From: Pseudovirgaria hyperparasitica
Lineage: Eukaryota
DNA: 64,000 nucleotides
Assembly (NCBI GenBank): GCA_010093815.1
Contig: ML996576.1
Reading direction: 5' to 3' (one strand)
A program made the translations under genes and the position numbers. Below the pieces are notes generated by a model, which saw only the letters and a list, made by a program, of their open reading frames with translations, was not told the origin of the DNA and did not search any database. Every line of letters begins with the position of its first letter. Within the stretch, counting starts at the first letter, position 1. Of the stretch, positions 1 through 11,872 are shown one piece after another.

Positions 1-411
1 CGATTGCATTACCTGGTATTTCGGCCGTCGACCGCGGCAGTGAAGGTCGACCGGATTGGCGGCAGTTCACCTGTGAGGCCAGCAGGACCAGCAGCGCTCG
101 TGTAATCAATCGTCAACGCACAACTTTGTTTCGAACAGCTCTGGCATTTGGTCCACGTCTTTGTGAATCCTTACAGCAGCTGACATACAGATGACGATGG
201 AGTTTGATGTACGTGAGGCTACGAGACGGGCCATGATGTTTGAGAGGTGTGGCGCTCCAGACCAGTGAGACCCTTGATCATGGGTCCTATGTTGCTGCCC
301 TTTGCTGATTGAAGAAGTTGTATTGAGTAGAAGTTGAGTCTGTAAAAGATAACTTAAGTATAGAACACTAAGTTCTAGTATTACTACAGCGAGAGTAGAT
401 CTTTCTATACT

Positions 412-445
412 TATCGTGGACGGTATGTGTCAGCGGGCCACACTT
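412..445 (+). repeat. Left terminal inverted repeat
   Basis: 34-bp match to the reverse complement of 5041-5074. Confidence 0.95.
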
Positions 446-573
446 TTTTTTTGCCGAGGGCACACACCTTGAAAGCATACTCATATACATCAAACCTACT
501 CCCCCCCTCTCTAAATATCCCTCTCTTCGTACGTAATACGTGCCTATCTATATATATTTTCTCTCTTTATATA

Positions 574-2200
574 ATGGCGTAATAGATAGCCTATCTCTAG
601 ATGGAGATTATCTTAAAATATACCTCTAGTTATACCTAGAATGATCTCCTAGCCTAGATTAAGCGTGTACATAGTATTATAGTATCCTATCGTACGCTTA
701 AGCGCTATTTCTCTATATAGAAGATTTAAAAGGACTCTTCTTTACTTCCCTCTTCCGTACGAGAGAGCCTATAGAATAGAATCCGTACTCTTACCCTTAA
801 ACTAGCTCTTCTAGATACTAAGATTATTCGGATCCTTTAAGAAGAAGGGTTTAAGATCTTACGGAGTTCTCTATATTACTATTATATAGATATAGGTATC
901 GTATAAAAGGTACGGGGTATTAATATATAATAGGCTAAAAGTAAGAAGGTAATACAGCTCGTATAGGAAGGCTTAGAGTTAGGAGTAATTAATAGGTTTA
1001 GTCGAGGCCTACTCCATACATATTTCCTAGGAGCTAGAGTCTAGATTACACGGTATCTATACCCTTCTATCTATATATAAAGACTTATTCTAAGAATCTA
1101 TCTAGAGATTGGCTATTTTAGGCTATAAAGATCTTAAATCCAGAGGGCGTACGACGCCGCTATTATGATTTTCAGCGCTATAGAGGCTAGTATATTATAA
1201 AAGGTCCTAATTATATCTAGAGTATAGATAGGTACCATAAGCTTAGCTTATACGGTATTAAGATCTATGCCTATATAGATATATACTTAAGATATATTAT
1301 CTAGGCCTATATTAGTATCTTATCTACTATAGCAGTTAGTTATCTCTTTTAGTTTCTAGAAACTTTAAGAATTAGAGGTATCTAGCCACGCTTCGTACGA
1401 AGTGATAGAGGTAGTAAGATAACTTATATAGTAAATATTTAGTGGAATCTCCGCCAGGTTAATAACCTAGAGATTCTACTAAATTAATACTAGATATTTA
1501 GGATAAGTATATCTAATTAAAGGATTAAGGCTTAGTAGGCATAGCTTTCTAAGGCACTCTTATTCCGATAGAGGGTATGTATCGTACGGTAGTATATTAT
1601 ACTTAGCTAATAGATATTTAGAACTTCTTCTTAGAGCTTAAGTAGAGAGGTATCTTTAATATATAGAGTTATATAGATCGGATTACTATTTAGGTAATCT
1701 ATATCCCAATTCTCTATACGGAAGTTTCAAGCTTCGTATAGATATAGAATTAGTATCCTATTTAAAAATAGAGAGATCGACTATCTACTATCTCTAGACC
1801 ACCCGTACGAAATTACTTTATACTAGCTAAAGGTATTAAACGTGGAGTAGTACCTATTAATTAAGAGGCTCTTACTACTATCCGAGGCTAGGTAGGAGCT
1901 TAGGATATAGATATATATCTACTACCTAATATACTACTATAGTATACGAACTAGCTTAAAGATCTTAGCTTTAATAGAGGTATACCGCTTCGTACGGCTA
2001 AAGAACGGAGAAGTCCATTTATGGATATCTATGTTCAGCTACGCCGTAGGATTTAGGACTATATCTATACTAGAATAGCCCCTCGGCTAGAAGTCCTAGT
2101 ATATCTATATCTAGATCCTAATTAGTTTATAAGTATTATTCTTCCGTACGAGAATAAAGAGTGGTATACTAATAGACTATATAGGGAACCTCTCTTAAGA
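574..2200 (+). pseudogene. RIP-mutated DDE transposase (Clr5-like N-terminus plus integrase core); 3' end approximate
   Basis: Reading through RIP stops gives YRTLKRYF, RGLLHTYF, an intron at 1053-1105, GPNYI*SIDRYHKL..GIKIYAYID (first D), PRFVRSDRGS (second D) and SN*RIKA** (NQRIEAWW before RIP, catalytic E). Confidence 0.85.
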
Positions 2201-2470
2201 ATGTTAAGGCGTCTAATCTTAATAATAATAGGGTAGATAAAGGATAATCTAGGAAGTAGCGTCATACGGGAGTACTTTAGTTATTCTATAACTTATAGCC
2301 CTATCTCTCTTTTCTAATATTCTCCTTATATAAAAACCTTTCCACTCTTATCTTAAATAGCTATACCAGTATTAAATACTTTCTATAACTACTACCCTAA
2401 AACTAGGACGCACCACTCTTTATACGAAGTAGCTACCTATCTAGATTACTAGTAAACCCTCGTTATTAAT

Positions 2471-3830
2471 ATAGAGATTATTAATCTTACTTCATCCCTA
2501 ATCGGATCTCCCTCACCTTATCTAAGATTATATATACTAAATACTTAATCCCTTACTCTTCGTACGAGTGTACCTCCTCTAAGCCAGCTAGTAATTATTA
2601 TTCCTAAGGCATAAACTTAATATCTTCTTATACTATAGCCACCGGCTAGAGTAGATACCGTATAGATAATTACTCGTATAAGAGGAAACATCCCGCTTAT
2701 TAAATAGGAAAGACAAGCATCTATATATCGTATGACTATATCTTATAGTGGAAAGAAGAAGAGGGATAGCAAGATATTCCTTTCTATATACTACTATGTT
2801 ACTATATATATAAAGGAAGGAATAGTTCTAAGAATAATAGGCTATAGTCGTACATGGTTAACTCTCTCTCCCCTCTCTTATTTTATATACTTATTTACTT
2901 AATAGAAGCTATAATAATCCCGGTAGTTAATACCTATTTCTAAGATATTATAAGCTTCGTACAAGATATACTTCTATGGGAGTTTAGAGTATCTCTATAG
3001 CTAAATAAGTTCAAGGCCATAGATTCTCTATATATCTCTACTAGTATTAAGGGCTAGTAGAATAAACTAACTAACCTTCTAAATTCCATGTACGAGAAGT
3101 ATATAGTGGATGAGTTCTTTATATATAGTAAGCTTTTCGAGGGAGAGGGTACTATAAAGAAGCTAATCCAGGTCTATATATATAGATAGGTATTAGAGGT
3201 AGTGGAGAATAAGATTAAGAGCCTAGCACCATCTATATAAAAGAGGCTAAGGACTAAAACAATCTAGGATAAGGATCCCTTCTAGGATCTAATTTAAGAC
3301 CTAGAAATCCAGCGTCTTATCCGGAAGGCAGTATCCAAGAGAAGTTATATAAAGGTTAAAACTAAAGGAGAGTCTCGTACGCTAAAAATAAAAATCAAGA
3401 AAGAGCTTAAGTTAGAGACGCCTAAGGATATCAAGAATAAGCCTTCTTACCCCTCTCTAAAAGAGAAACTTCATATATTAGATCTTACTTATACGAGTAG
3501 TACTAAAGGCTCTCCCCCTATACTACCTAGTTCTTCTAGTCTTTCTATATAGCTAATATCCATAGTAGAAGCTGAAACCTCTATACGATAATCATCCATT
3601 AAGAAGGAAGGTAGAGAGAGTAATAAAGAGGATGATATTACCTAGAATTAATCTATAGGGATAATAATAAGGTCAAAAGGGAAAGGAAAAGAGTCTTAGT
3701 AGAGAAAGCCAACTAATTATATAGATTTAGGAGCTATTACTCCTCGTATAGAAGAGAATAGCAAAGTAGATATTCTAGTATACTCTAAAATTTTAAAGTT
3801 TTTCTTTCGTACGAGGGGCTTAAAGTCATA
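2471..3830 (+). pseudogene. Relic second ORF of the transposon, K/E-rich C-terminal part; ends approximate
   Basis: Frame begins ATA GAG ATT ATT AAT CTT ACT TCA TCC (de-RIP MEIIDLTSS); in the stretches translated, stops are TAA/TAG consistent with CAA/CAG/TGG mutation. Confidence 0.5.
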
Positions 3831-3861
3831 TAATATAATATATACTAGTGCTAGACTAGGC

Positions 3862-4884
3862 CTAGTGCGGGGCTAGGCTCCCACATTTAATTCTACCTAA
3901 GCTCCACTTTAGCCTTACCTTTAATACCTTTAACCTTACCTCTAAAACTTTAAAATTCTCTCTTAACACCTCGTATAAAGCTATTATAGCTTTAAATTCT
4001 TTCTCTAGCCCTCTAGGCATCACCTCTTATATCTAGTATCACTAGATCTTCACTAAATAGGCGGATAAGATCCTTAAAACCCCACCCGGCGCCACTAATT
4101 CTGACCCTAGTCTTTATATAGGCTAAGCTCCTGCCTTTAGCCTTATTAGATCGCCTACACCTACTACGTACGAGTAGGTATTCTTCTATAACCCTATTAT
4201 AGCTAATAAGCTATTAGAGATCTTTACCTTTAGTATTCGTACTAGCTATTCTAACTATAGATCTTTAATACTAACTTTAGTATAGAACCTAATCATTATA
4301 TAAGCTACTAATTGGCCTATTCGAACATGGGAGAATCGCGCTATATATAATAGCACCCTTACTCTAGTTATCGTACGCCGCGGTGCCCTTAAGGCTAAGG
4401 CTCTCTTATTATAGCGGGCTTCATATATAAAGGCCTTTATTATCCACTCTCGCGGTTAGTAATACCTTCTTTAGAATTAGTTATCGTATATATACTAATA
4501 TTAAACCTAGGGTTTAAGAATACTATACCATGCGATAGATATATTCGTGCCTATAATAGTATAAATGAATTTAAGACGTACGTAGGCTATATTAGTCTAT
4601 ATAGCTACTTTAATAATACCTACTCTAACTATATATATACCGAAGTAACTACCCGCTATAGTAAGAATTATAAGATTAAGGATATAAAGGATCTCTCGTA
4701 CGACGAGTTTACGCGCCGTTTCCCTAATAGTCTACCATAGCCCCGCCCATCTTTAGCTAGTAAGCGTGTAGTAGGTAGCCTTAGCAGCCCTCCTAGCGTA
4801 AAACGTATCACATAATCTTAGGAAAGAACTGGTTAGCATGGATTTCTAGGGAGATAGGTGTCGTACGACACATAAAGGTTACAT
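3862..4884 (-). pseudogene. Relic third ORF of the transposon, coiled-coil-like C-terminus
   Basis: Minus-strand frame from ATG 4884 with RIP-type stops; distal segment reads LEKEFKAIIALYEVLRENFKVLEVRLKVLKVRLK; middle part not resolved. Confidence 0.4.
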
Positions 4885-5040
4885 TATAAATATATAGTAG
4901 TAGAAATTAAAGAAATCTATACTTAAATCCTATAGAAATCTTAAGCTAATAACTTTACCTAATTAATACTATTAGGTCTAGAAGGGACTTCTATAGAAAA
5001 TGGCTGTAGAGACTTCTAACTTCTAACTTTTGAGTTTTAG

Positions 5041-5074
5041 AAGTGTGGCCCGCTAACACATACCGTCCGCGGTA
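5041..5074 (-). repeat. Right terminal inverted repeat
   Basis: 34-bp match to 412-445, followed by TSD TATACT. Confidence 0.95.
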
Positions 5075-5581
5075 TATACTCCCTTATACTTAGGTTATTC
5101 ACTTACTCTAGATCTATATCTAATCTTAGTCTCTCTGGTAATAGTATAGAGAGAGACTTCATATATATTAAGTTATTAGTAGAACTTAAGATATACTAAA
5201 TCTTGAAGAGTCCTTATATAATCCTTAAGATTATCTAAGGTCTTACATATAGAAATATCTTATGATAATGAAAAGTATTAAAAGAATCTTATAGTATAGG
5301 GATCTTGCTATAATATAGAGAGGGATGTTAGTAGTGTTCTAGATGATAAATGTAGTTAGGCCCAAAGCAACGCTAGATCGTATACGGACTAGCGGAATAC
5401 CATGTCAACCCACGACACGACGCAAGCGGATGGTCTTGCTTGTGAAGGCCAGAAACAAACCGATTCTGCAACGCACTGTATATCACAAACAACACACAAT
5501 CAACCCATCCTCGACCCGCCCCAGACGACCGAACCTCCCCTCTCACTCTCCCCCTCCCGGTCACTCATCCACCTCTCCAGC

Positions 5582-6496
5582 ATGGCAACCCAACAGCCCG
5601 AGCTCTCCTCCTCCTCCACCACCACCACAGACCCCTTCGTCTCCATCTCCTGCCTCGACTTCCTCCTCATCGAGCTCGTGCCCATGGCATACCGCATCGC
5701 CGCCGAACTCTCCGCCCGCGAGGAAGATTGGACACGGCCAATTGGCGCTCTAAACACTACCACCACTACTACTGGCACCTCCTCCCGAGCGCAGGACACG
5801 ACGAGTACGACTGGGGGAGGAGGAGGGGGTGGAGGTGGAGATGGAGGTACGGCCGGCAGCGTTGCCATCGTAGACGACGAGGAGACGCGCGAGGCAGTGT
5901 TCTACAGGTTGGAGATGCTGGGGTACCGCGTCGGACTGGGGATCACGGAGCGGTATGGCACTCTCATTCCCCCCTCATCTACTCTCCTTTCTCCATTTCC
6001 CCACCAAAGCCATGAACGATAAATGAAAATCAAGAACCCTTAACCGCAACACCCACTGACCCAACCCAGATTCTCCCGCGACAAGCCGCGCTCCACAGAC
6101 GCGCTCGACACCATCAAATTTCTCTGCAAGGACATCTGGCTGCTCGTCTTCCGCAAGCAGATTGACAATCTCAAGACGAATCACCGGGGCATATACGTGC
6201 TGACGGACAACGCGTTCAAGCCGCTGACACGCATGTCGGCGGAGAGAGGGCAGGGCGATAGCATGCTGGCGCGGGCACAGCCGGTACGTTAAACCTTTTT
6301 TTTTTTGGATGAAGGGAGATCAGAGTTGAGTGAGGGAAATTGGCTGACCTGGTTGGCTGGACAGTTCTTGTACTTCCCTTCGGGCGTGCTGAGAGGGGCT
6401 TTGGCGTCGATGGGAATTAACGCGACGGTGCAGGCGGAAACTACTGCTTTACCAGGGGCCACTTTTCAGATCAAGACGGTTGGGGCACGGCCTTGA
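5582..6496 (+). CDS. TRS33: TRAPP complex subunit Trs33 (TRAPPC6)
   Basis: Exons 5582-5952, 6070-6283, 6365-6496; motifs CLDFLLIELVP, RLEMLGYRVG, IKFLCKDIW, KQIDNLKTNHRG, FPSGVLRGAL. Confidence 0.93.
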
Positions 6497-6777
6497 TCGT
6501 GCTTTTCGGACATAGAATTGACGTACGGCATATTTGATCGCATCTAGCGCGGCGTTGCATTGGGAGGCTCAATACCCGGAATGGTTACATATCTAAGCAT
6601 CACGACACAATTCTCTCATGCTCAATTTCACTCGACACAGCATGAAGCATCGTGCGTACATACTGACGTCAGAAGAGGAGCAACAGTCTGTCATTTGGGC
6701 TGCTAAGTCTGCTCACCGAACACTTTACGTATCTATTTTACGATTATAATCTGAGCGTCTTTCATAGGAAGGAGCTG

Positions 6778-8375
6778 TTATAATCTATCTGCCAAGCATT
6801 AGCACCGGCCATTTGTCGCATCCTCTCTGCGGTTGGGGGACAAGAGGTGATGATAGGAGCTCGAAGGTGATGATAGGAGCTCGAAATGCACAGGCGTACT
6901 CACTTTTGGGGTGGGTTACGAACGAATTCGACACCCTTCTCGATGTTGCCCTTGAGACCTTCCACGGCAACCGAAAGAAGCTTCTTCTCGGCGTCGTTAG
7001 CCTTGCTGACAATGTCGATTGCCTTCTTGGCACCGTTGGGCTAGAAGACTGTTAGCTGAAAACTACCATGAGTGGGTGTCGAGGCTTACGCCGAGCTCGA
7101 TAGGAACGGAGAAGAAGTCAACACCGACGGCTTTCTGGATAGCTTCGCCACCCTCGATGCCGGGCAGGTAGACGTATGATGGCTCGATTATGCCAGACTC
7201 TCCCTTGACGGCCTTTGCTACCTTCTCGGCGAAGCTATGAAAGCGTTAGCATATAGTCCAGACAGTTCCAATGACAACTTACCGGAAGCCAGCGTATGCC
7301 ATGGAGAGAGTCGCTGAGCCGGCACCGTCTTTGGCCTTTACGACCTCGTCACCGCCAAACTGAACGCCTGAGTGCACAATTAAGCGACTGCTTCAACGAT
7401 CGAGTTGGATATCTTACGGTTGATGAGAGCATCGAGCTTATCAGCAGGAATATCTACGGACGGTTGAGCTTGGCTGAAGAGAGGGACGATGGTCTCGCCG
7501 GAGTGACCGCCCACAACAGGGATCACAAGCTCTGATGGGTTCTTTGAGCCAACGATCTCACCGACGAAGGTCTCGGCACGGACAACATCAAGGGTGGTAA
7601 CACCGAAGAGTCTGGTAGGGTCGAAAACGTTTGCGCGCTTGAGGACCTCGGCAGCGATTGGGACGGTGGAGTTGACAGGGTTGGAGATGATGAGGACGAA
7701 AGCCTTGGGGCAGATCTCGGCGATACCTTGCACGAGACCTTGGACAATGCCAGCGTTGATCTTGAACAGGTCGTCACGGGTCATACCAGGCTTTCCTGTA
7801 TGTAGGTGATGAGTATGGTGAGCTCGTGTGGTTCGGTGGCGGACACATACTTGGAATGCCAGCTGGAATTACAACGAGCTCAGCACCCTTAAAAGCCTGC
7901 TTCATACCATCATCCTTGGGAAGGTACCCAGTGATTTTCTACACAGTCTTAGCATTAATTGTATGTATGGAAAGTTATCGTTCGATCGTACCGCTGGAGA
8001 GGAGATGTGAGAGAGATCGGCTATCAATATTGTCAGCATCTGAAATTCGACGTCATGAAGCCAGCAGCGAATTGGTCTGGTGTCATTCCGTATCGACGCA
8101 GAAACACAAGATAGCTATGAAATGATGTTGTGGGCTTACCTGCGACACCGGGCGTGTTGACGACATCGTATAGAGCCAATTCAGTGATGAGGGGGCAGGC
8201 CTTGAGGAGCAGCGACAACGGCTATGAATCTCTAGTCAATTACAATCCGTCTAGAAGCACTGCTAGAGGGCTTTACCTGTCCAATACCACCGGCAGCACC
8301 AGCAACGACTATGTGAGATCCGGTCAGCGGTGATGAAGCTCATATGATCTGTCAATAGCCCATACCGGCTTTCAT
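6778..8375 (-). CDS. MDH: NAD-dependent malate dehydrogenase, cytosolic/peroxisomal type, multi-exon
   Basis: [73 protein letters not shown]; no mitochondrial presequence; unspliced stop at 6900-6902, spliced stops at 6785-6787 or 6778-6780. Confidence 0.95.
6845..6884. repeat. Tandem duplication of a 20-bp unit in the last MDH intron
   Basis: AGGTGATGATAGGAGCTCGA x2. Confidence 0.9.
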
Positions 8376-9216
8376 TGTGTTGATTGGGCGGGGTTTTGTA
8401 CGGAAATCGAAGTTGTAATGAGTCCTGGATGAGAATCAGAATCTACTCAAGATGTATGAGACAGCATAGAGTCTTACAGAGTTCAATGGCAGATGAAAGT
8501 ATAGCGTGAGTTTTGAGGAAGAGTGGGTAGGTTGCGGCGGTCAAGGGCTGGGCGGGGTGTTTTGGATGATTGGGGATGAATGCGGGGCACACGGACTGCT
8601 GCTCAGTAGGGTTGCAGGTACACAAGCGCACGGTCGTTAATTCGAGTAATATAGTGACCGGCCGGTCCTCAAATAATGACGTTGCGAATGTTTCAAGAAT
8701 CCAGGTGTCATGCCAGTAGTCCTCAAGACCATTTATATCTCTCAAATCCGTGTCTTCGGCCGGGAAAAACCACCCCAAGACACCCTCGGCCAAGGCATGT
8801 GAAGTGTACACTCGGAAACAGTCGGGCTCGAAATACATGAGATAGAGCAATCAACGCCTTGCCAGACAGACACTATATGTAGACCGCGGTTCGACTGGGT
8901 CCACTTTATCGAAATAAAGAATGAATATGTGACATTCCGAGATGTCCAAGATCCGCTTGCACCATACTCCACTCAGTATCTCCTTTAGGACAACCAGTTT
9001 CCGGTAGCTGTCAAAGCCTGCCCATCAATTCGTAGAAATGGCCTTGGAACGCCAGAACAGAAGATATACAATGCCTGCTTGATTTGCCCTGACGGGTCTT
9101 GCGGACCCGACTGTATGACAAACCAGAGTGCCCGACAATCAAGAATACACATTGTCAACAGACGTAAAAGCAAATGCAAAACATCGTCATGCGAGAGCCA
9201 CTGTCAACAGCATGCA

Positions 9217-10396
9217 TCAAGGACCATAGTCCTCGCGCTCTCCCTCTGCATCAGCCTCCGGATCATGTTGTCGATAGTTTTGCGGGTCTTGTGCACCTGA
9301 ATGGTCAGGTCCCCTCTGGGGGACAGAGTACATTTGCTAGCAATATTAGAATGTATAGTTTTGCCGACTTCGCAGTGACTTACCGGTTGTTGCATGCCGT
9401 ACGGTGCGTACATGCTCTGATCAAACATCTGCTGCTGCGCCTGTGGGTAGCCGGCTGATGGATCTGGTACACCTGGTGGGAACATTCCCGGAGGTCCCTT
9501 GTACTCTTGCTCAGATATGTGTTGACTCATATGTTCCGGTGGTCCCATAGGATACTGCTGCGTATGCATACCCATCGGTGGAACACCTTGCTGGACTGCA
9601 GCTGGTGCAGCTGGCGCAGGCGCTGATTGTCCTCCAGTCCGCTTGTGTGGGCTAGCATCCTCGCGTGGAACAATGTCGATAAGGAAGTCGAACATATCCG
9701 ATTTGATCAACGCAGACGCAATGTCGGAACGCTGTAGAGTGCGGCGCTTGTTCTCCTCAGCGTGAATCCAGGCACGCATGGTAAGCTCTGTGATGAAGAT
9801 GTCGCAACCCTTTGCGAAAAGAATGGGGGCTTCCGCGGATATCATCTTGACTTCTGGATCGGCCTTCATGACCTTTTTGATTCTTGCCAGAGGCAAAGGG
9901 TGTATTTTGTAGTCATGATCCTCCGTCTCCAGCTTCGTGATCTGATGCTGCCAATAGGTATTAAGGATATCGCGGTATTGTCCGTTAAGACCTTGATTGA
10001 CCTAGAGCACCGTAAGCACATATCAGTTGCACAGAAGGGAGGTGAGTGTATACATTGGCCCACGAGCCTGTGAATAGTTGTGGATCTGGCGCGTGGCCTG
10101 AAGCGGCTATCTGGACCAAACAATCAGCGACGAGGATTTATATGAGACGTATTCGATTCCACATTGGTGACGTACTGACGCGCTCGCACCTGTTGATGAA
10201 GTCAGTATATAAACAGTCTCTAGCTAGTCTGTGTCTTTATTGCAGGATGGAGCTTGGGCGCGTCGCGACCAGCGGATGACGTACCATAGTGACCTGAATG
10301 CTCAGTCTTGTATGCAGGATTGCCATTTTGCCCGTCATATCTGCGTGGCGCCTGTTGGCGCATCTTTTGCTGGCCTGGTATGCTCGAGGGGTCCAT
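9217..10396 (-). CDS. hapE: CCAAT-binding complex subunit HapE/Hap5 (NF-YC)
   Basis: Histone fold [60 protein letters not shown]; five exons with canonical introns. Confidence 0.95.
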
Positions 10397-11872
10397 GGGT
10401 CGCGAAATTTGTGCGCCGGACTGTCGCGACGGAGCTCGCCTGGGTGGGCGGAAGAGGGCTAGAGTGTGCGTCACTCAAGGAGAATGAGAGATCAAGAGAA
10501 GGTAAAGGGCAATCGAAATGATCCGCCAGAGGGATGAGTCAGTTGCTCTGGTGCAGACGAGGATGTATGAGATGCGATGTCGAGTGAGTAGTGCTGCGCT
10601 GGATGATGGTGTAGCTTGTTAAGAACGCACTGTTAAGATCAGGGAAGCGGGCGGGGAAATTGGTGCTGTGCCGAATGGAGGAGGATCTGATGGCTGTCCG
10701 TGTGGGATTATGCGCGTCCAAAGGTAAGACCAAGGCCAGATGGAAATGCGCTGAGATGTGCAGCTGTGTATACTGTGTTTACTTGATGGTGTGGTAGCTG
10801 TCGAGCTCGTCGTCGAATGAGAAGCTTCCTTGCTTGTCGCGTCTCTCAAAACCTGGCTGGTGTTGTAGGGCGGCGAATCGGGAGGCTTTATGGGTAGAAA
10901 TAGCTGGCCCAGCGAACCACAATGGAGAGCAGCTCGGCACTTTTGAGTAAATACTATATGGAGTTTGTCTTGGGGAGGATTGGATGAACTGCTTTTATAT
11001 ATACTCTACCTTCATATTCAGCCTAGCAGTCCCATCCCATCTATTTATTCCAACCGACCCCATCCCTCTCTGCTGGTGGACCTAATTACCTTCTTCTGGC
11101 AATCTACAGCCGCCGCTGGAGGACCATGATTGACAACGCATCCATTCGCTCCATCATTCCTCCATGCCCTCCCTCTCTTTCACCTGCCACACAAGACATC
11201 AACAAGGCTAGGTAGGCTTGATCGTGTCGTGCCTTTGCATACCCCAGCCGTAGCATTGCGAACATCTGCACTTTGCTGCGCCGTCTGAGTATGCGTGGGT
11301 GTGATTGGCTGAGAATGTGATTTGCTGGCGAGGCTGACCCAAATGGATGCCACTGATGCGTTGTTCTGCCCTTCAAACTGCCTACAATGCATCCGCTAGC
11401 GTGCAAGATTTTCTTCATGGCAGTCAGGATCTGTAAATAGCATTGCAAGCTTCACTTTTTCTCGATGAGCTGGCTGTATAGGCTCATGGGGTGACGTCGA
11501 AGGATGGCATTTGCAGCGTCGCGATCACACTGCGTCGAGATTGTGCTGCACGAACATATCATCAAGGTCGAATGACTTCAAAAAGTGTGCACCTTGAAAG
11601 CTGTCGGGGACATACGTGTACAATCGGTGTTTGTTTCTGTTATGGTCATCGTCTTGTCGGTGCTTCGTCTCTTTTTGGTAATATTGATACCCAGATATTA
11701 CAATGATCTAATTATCCATGGATTGAGGTGGTTCTCAGACTAATTAAGGCATCAGAACTCATGCCTGGCGTGACGGAATAACTTCGGTAGGGGGCCGAGC
11801 TTTCGTTAATTTAGTACGAGGGTAAGATTTCTCAAAATTCTCAGGTCGAGCTTTTTAATTTTTCAGCCCAGC

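Larger units (their letters stand above)
412..5074 (+). mobile_element. IS3EU-like DNA transposon, full length, RIP-inactivated
   Basis: Left end TATCGTGGACGGTATGTGTCAGCGGGCCACACTT (412-445) matches the reverse complement of the right end (5041-5074), TACCGCGGACGGTATGTGTTAGCGGGCCACACTT, with only three C/T differences. Identical TATACT flanks at 406-411 and 5075-5080 (6-bp TSD). TAY..RTA termini with a 6-bp TSD are the IS3EU hallmark. Interior is TpA-rich and CpA/TpG-poor (RIP). Confidence 0.88.

Noticed and set aside
1..270. Possible gene fragment at the window edge
   Set aside because: Both a plus-strand 3' end and a minus-strand 5' end can be drawn; no recognisable motif
412..5074. Tc1/mariner assignment from flanking TA
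   Set aside because: TA is part of the TIR; the 6-bp duplication and integrase-type motifs fit IS3EU better
8022..8139. Longer MDH intron as a snoRNA host
   Set aside because: No convincing C box or rRNA-complementary guide
8443..9179. Short ORFs between MDH and hapE
   Set aside because: No motifs or coherent splice structure; likely promoter/UTR sequence
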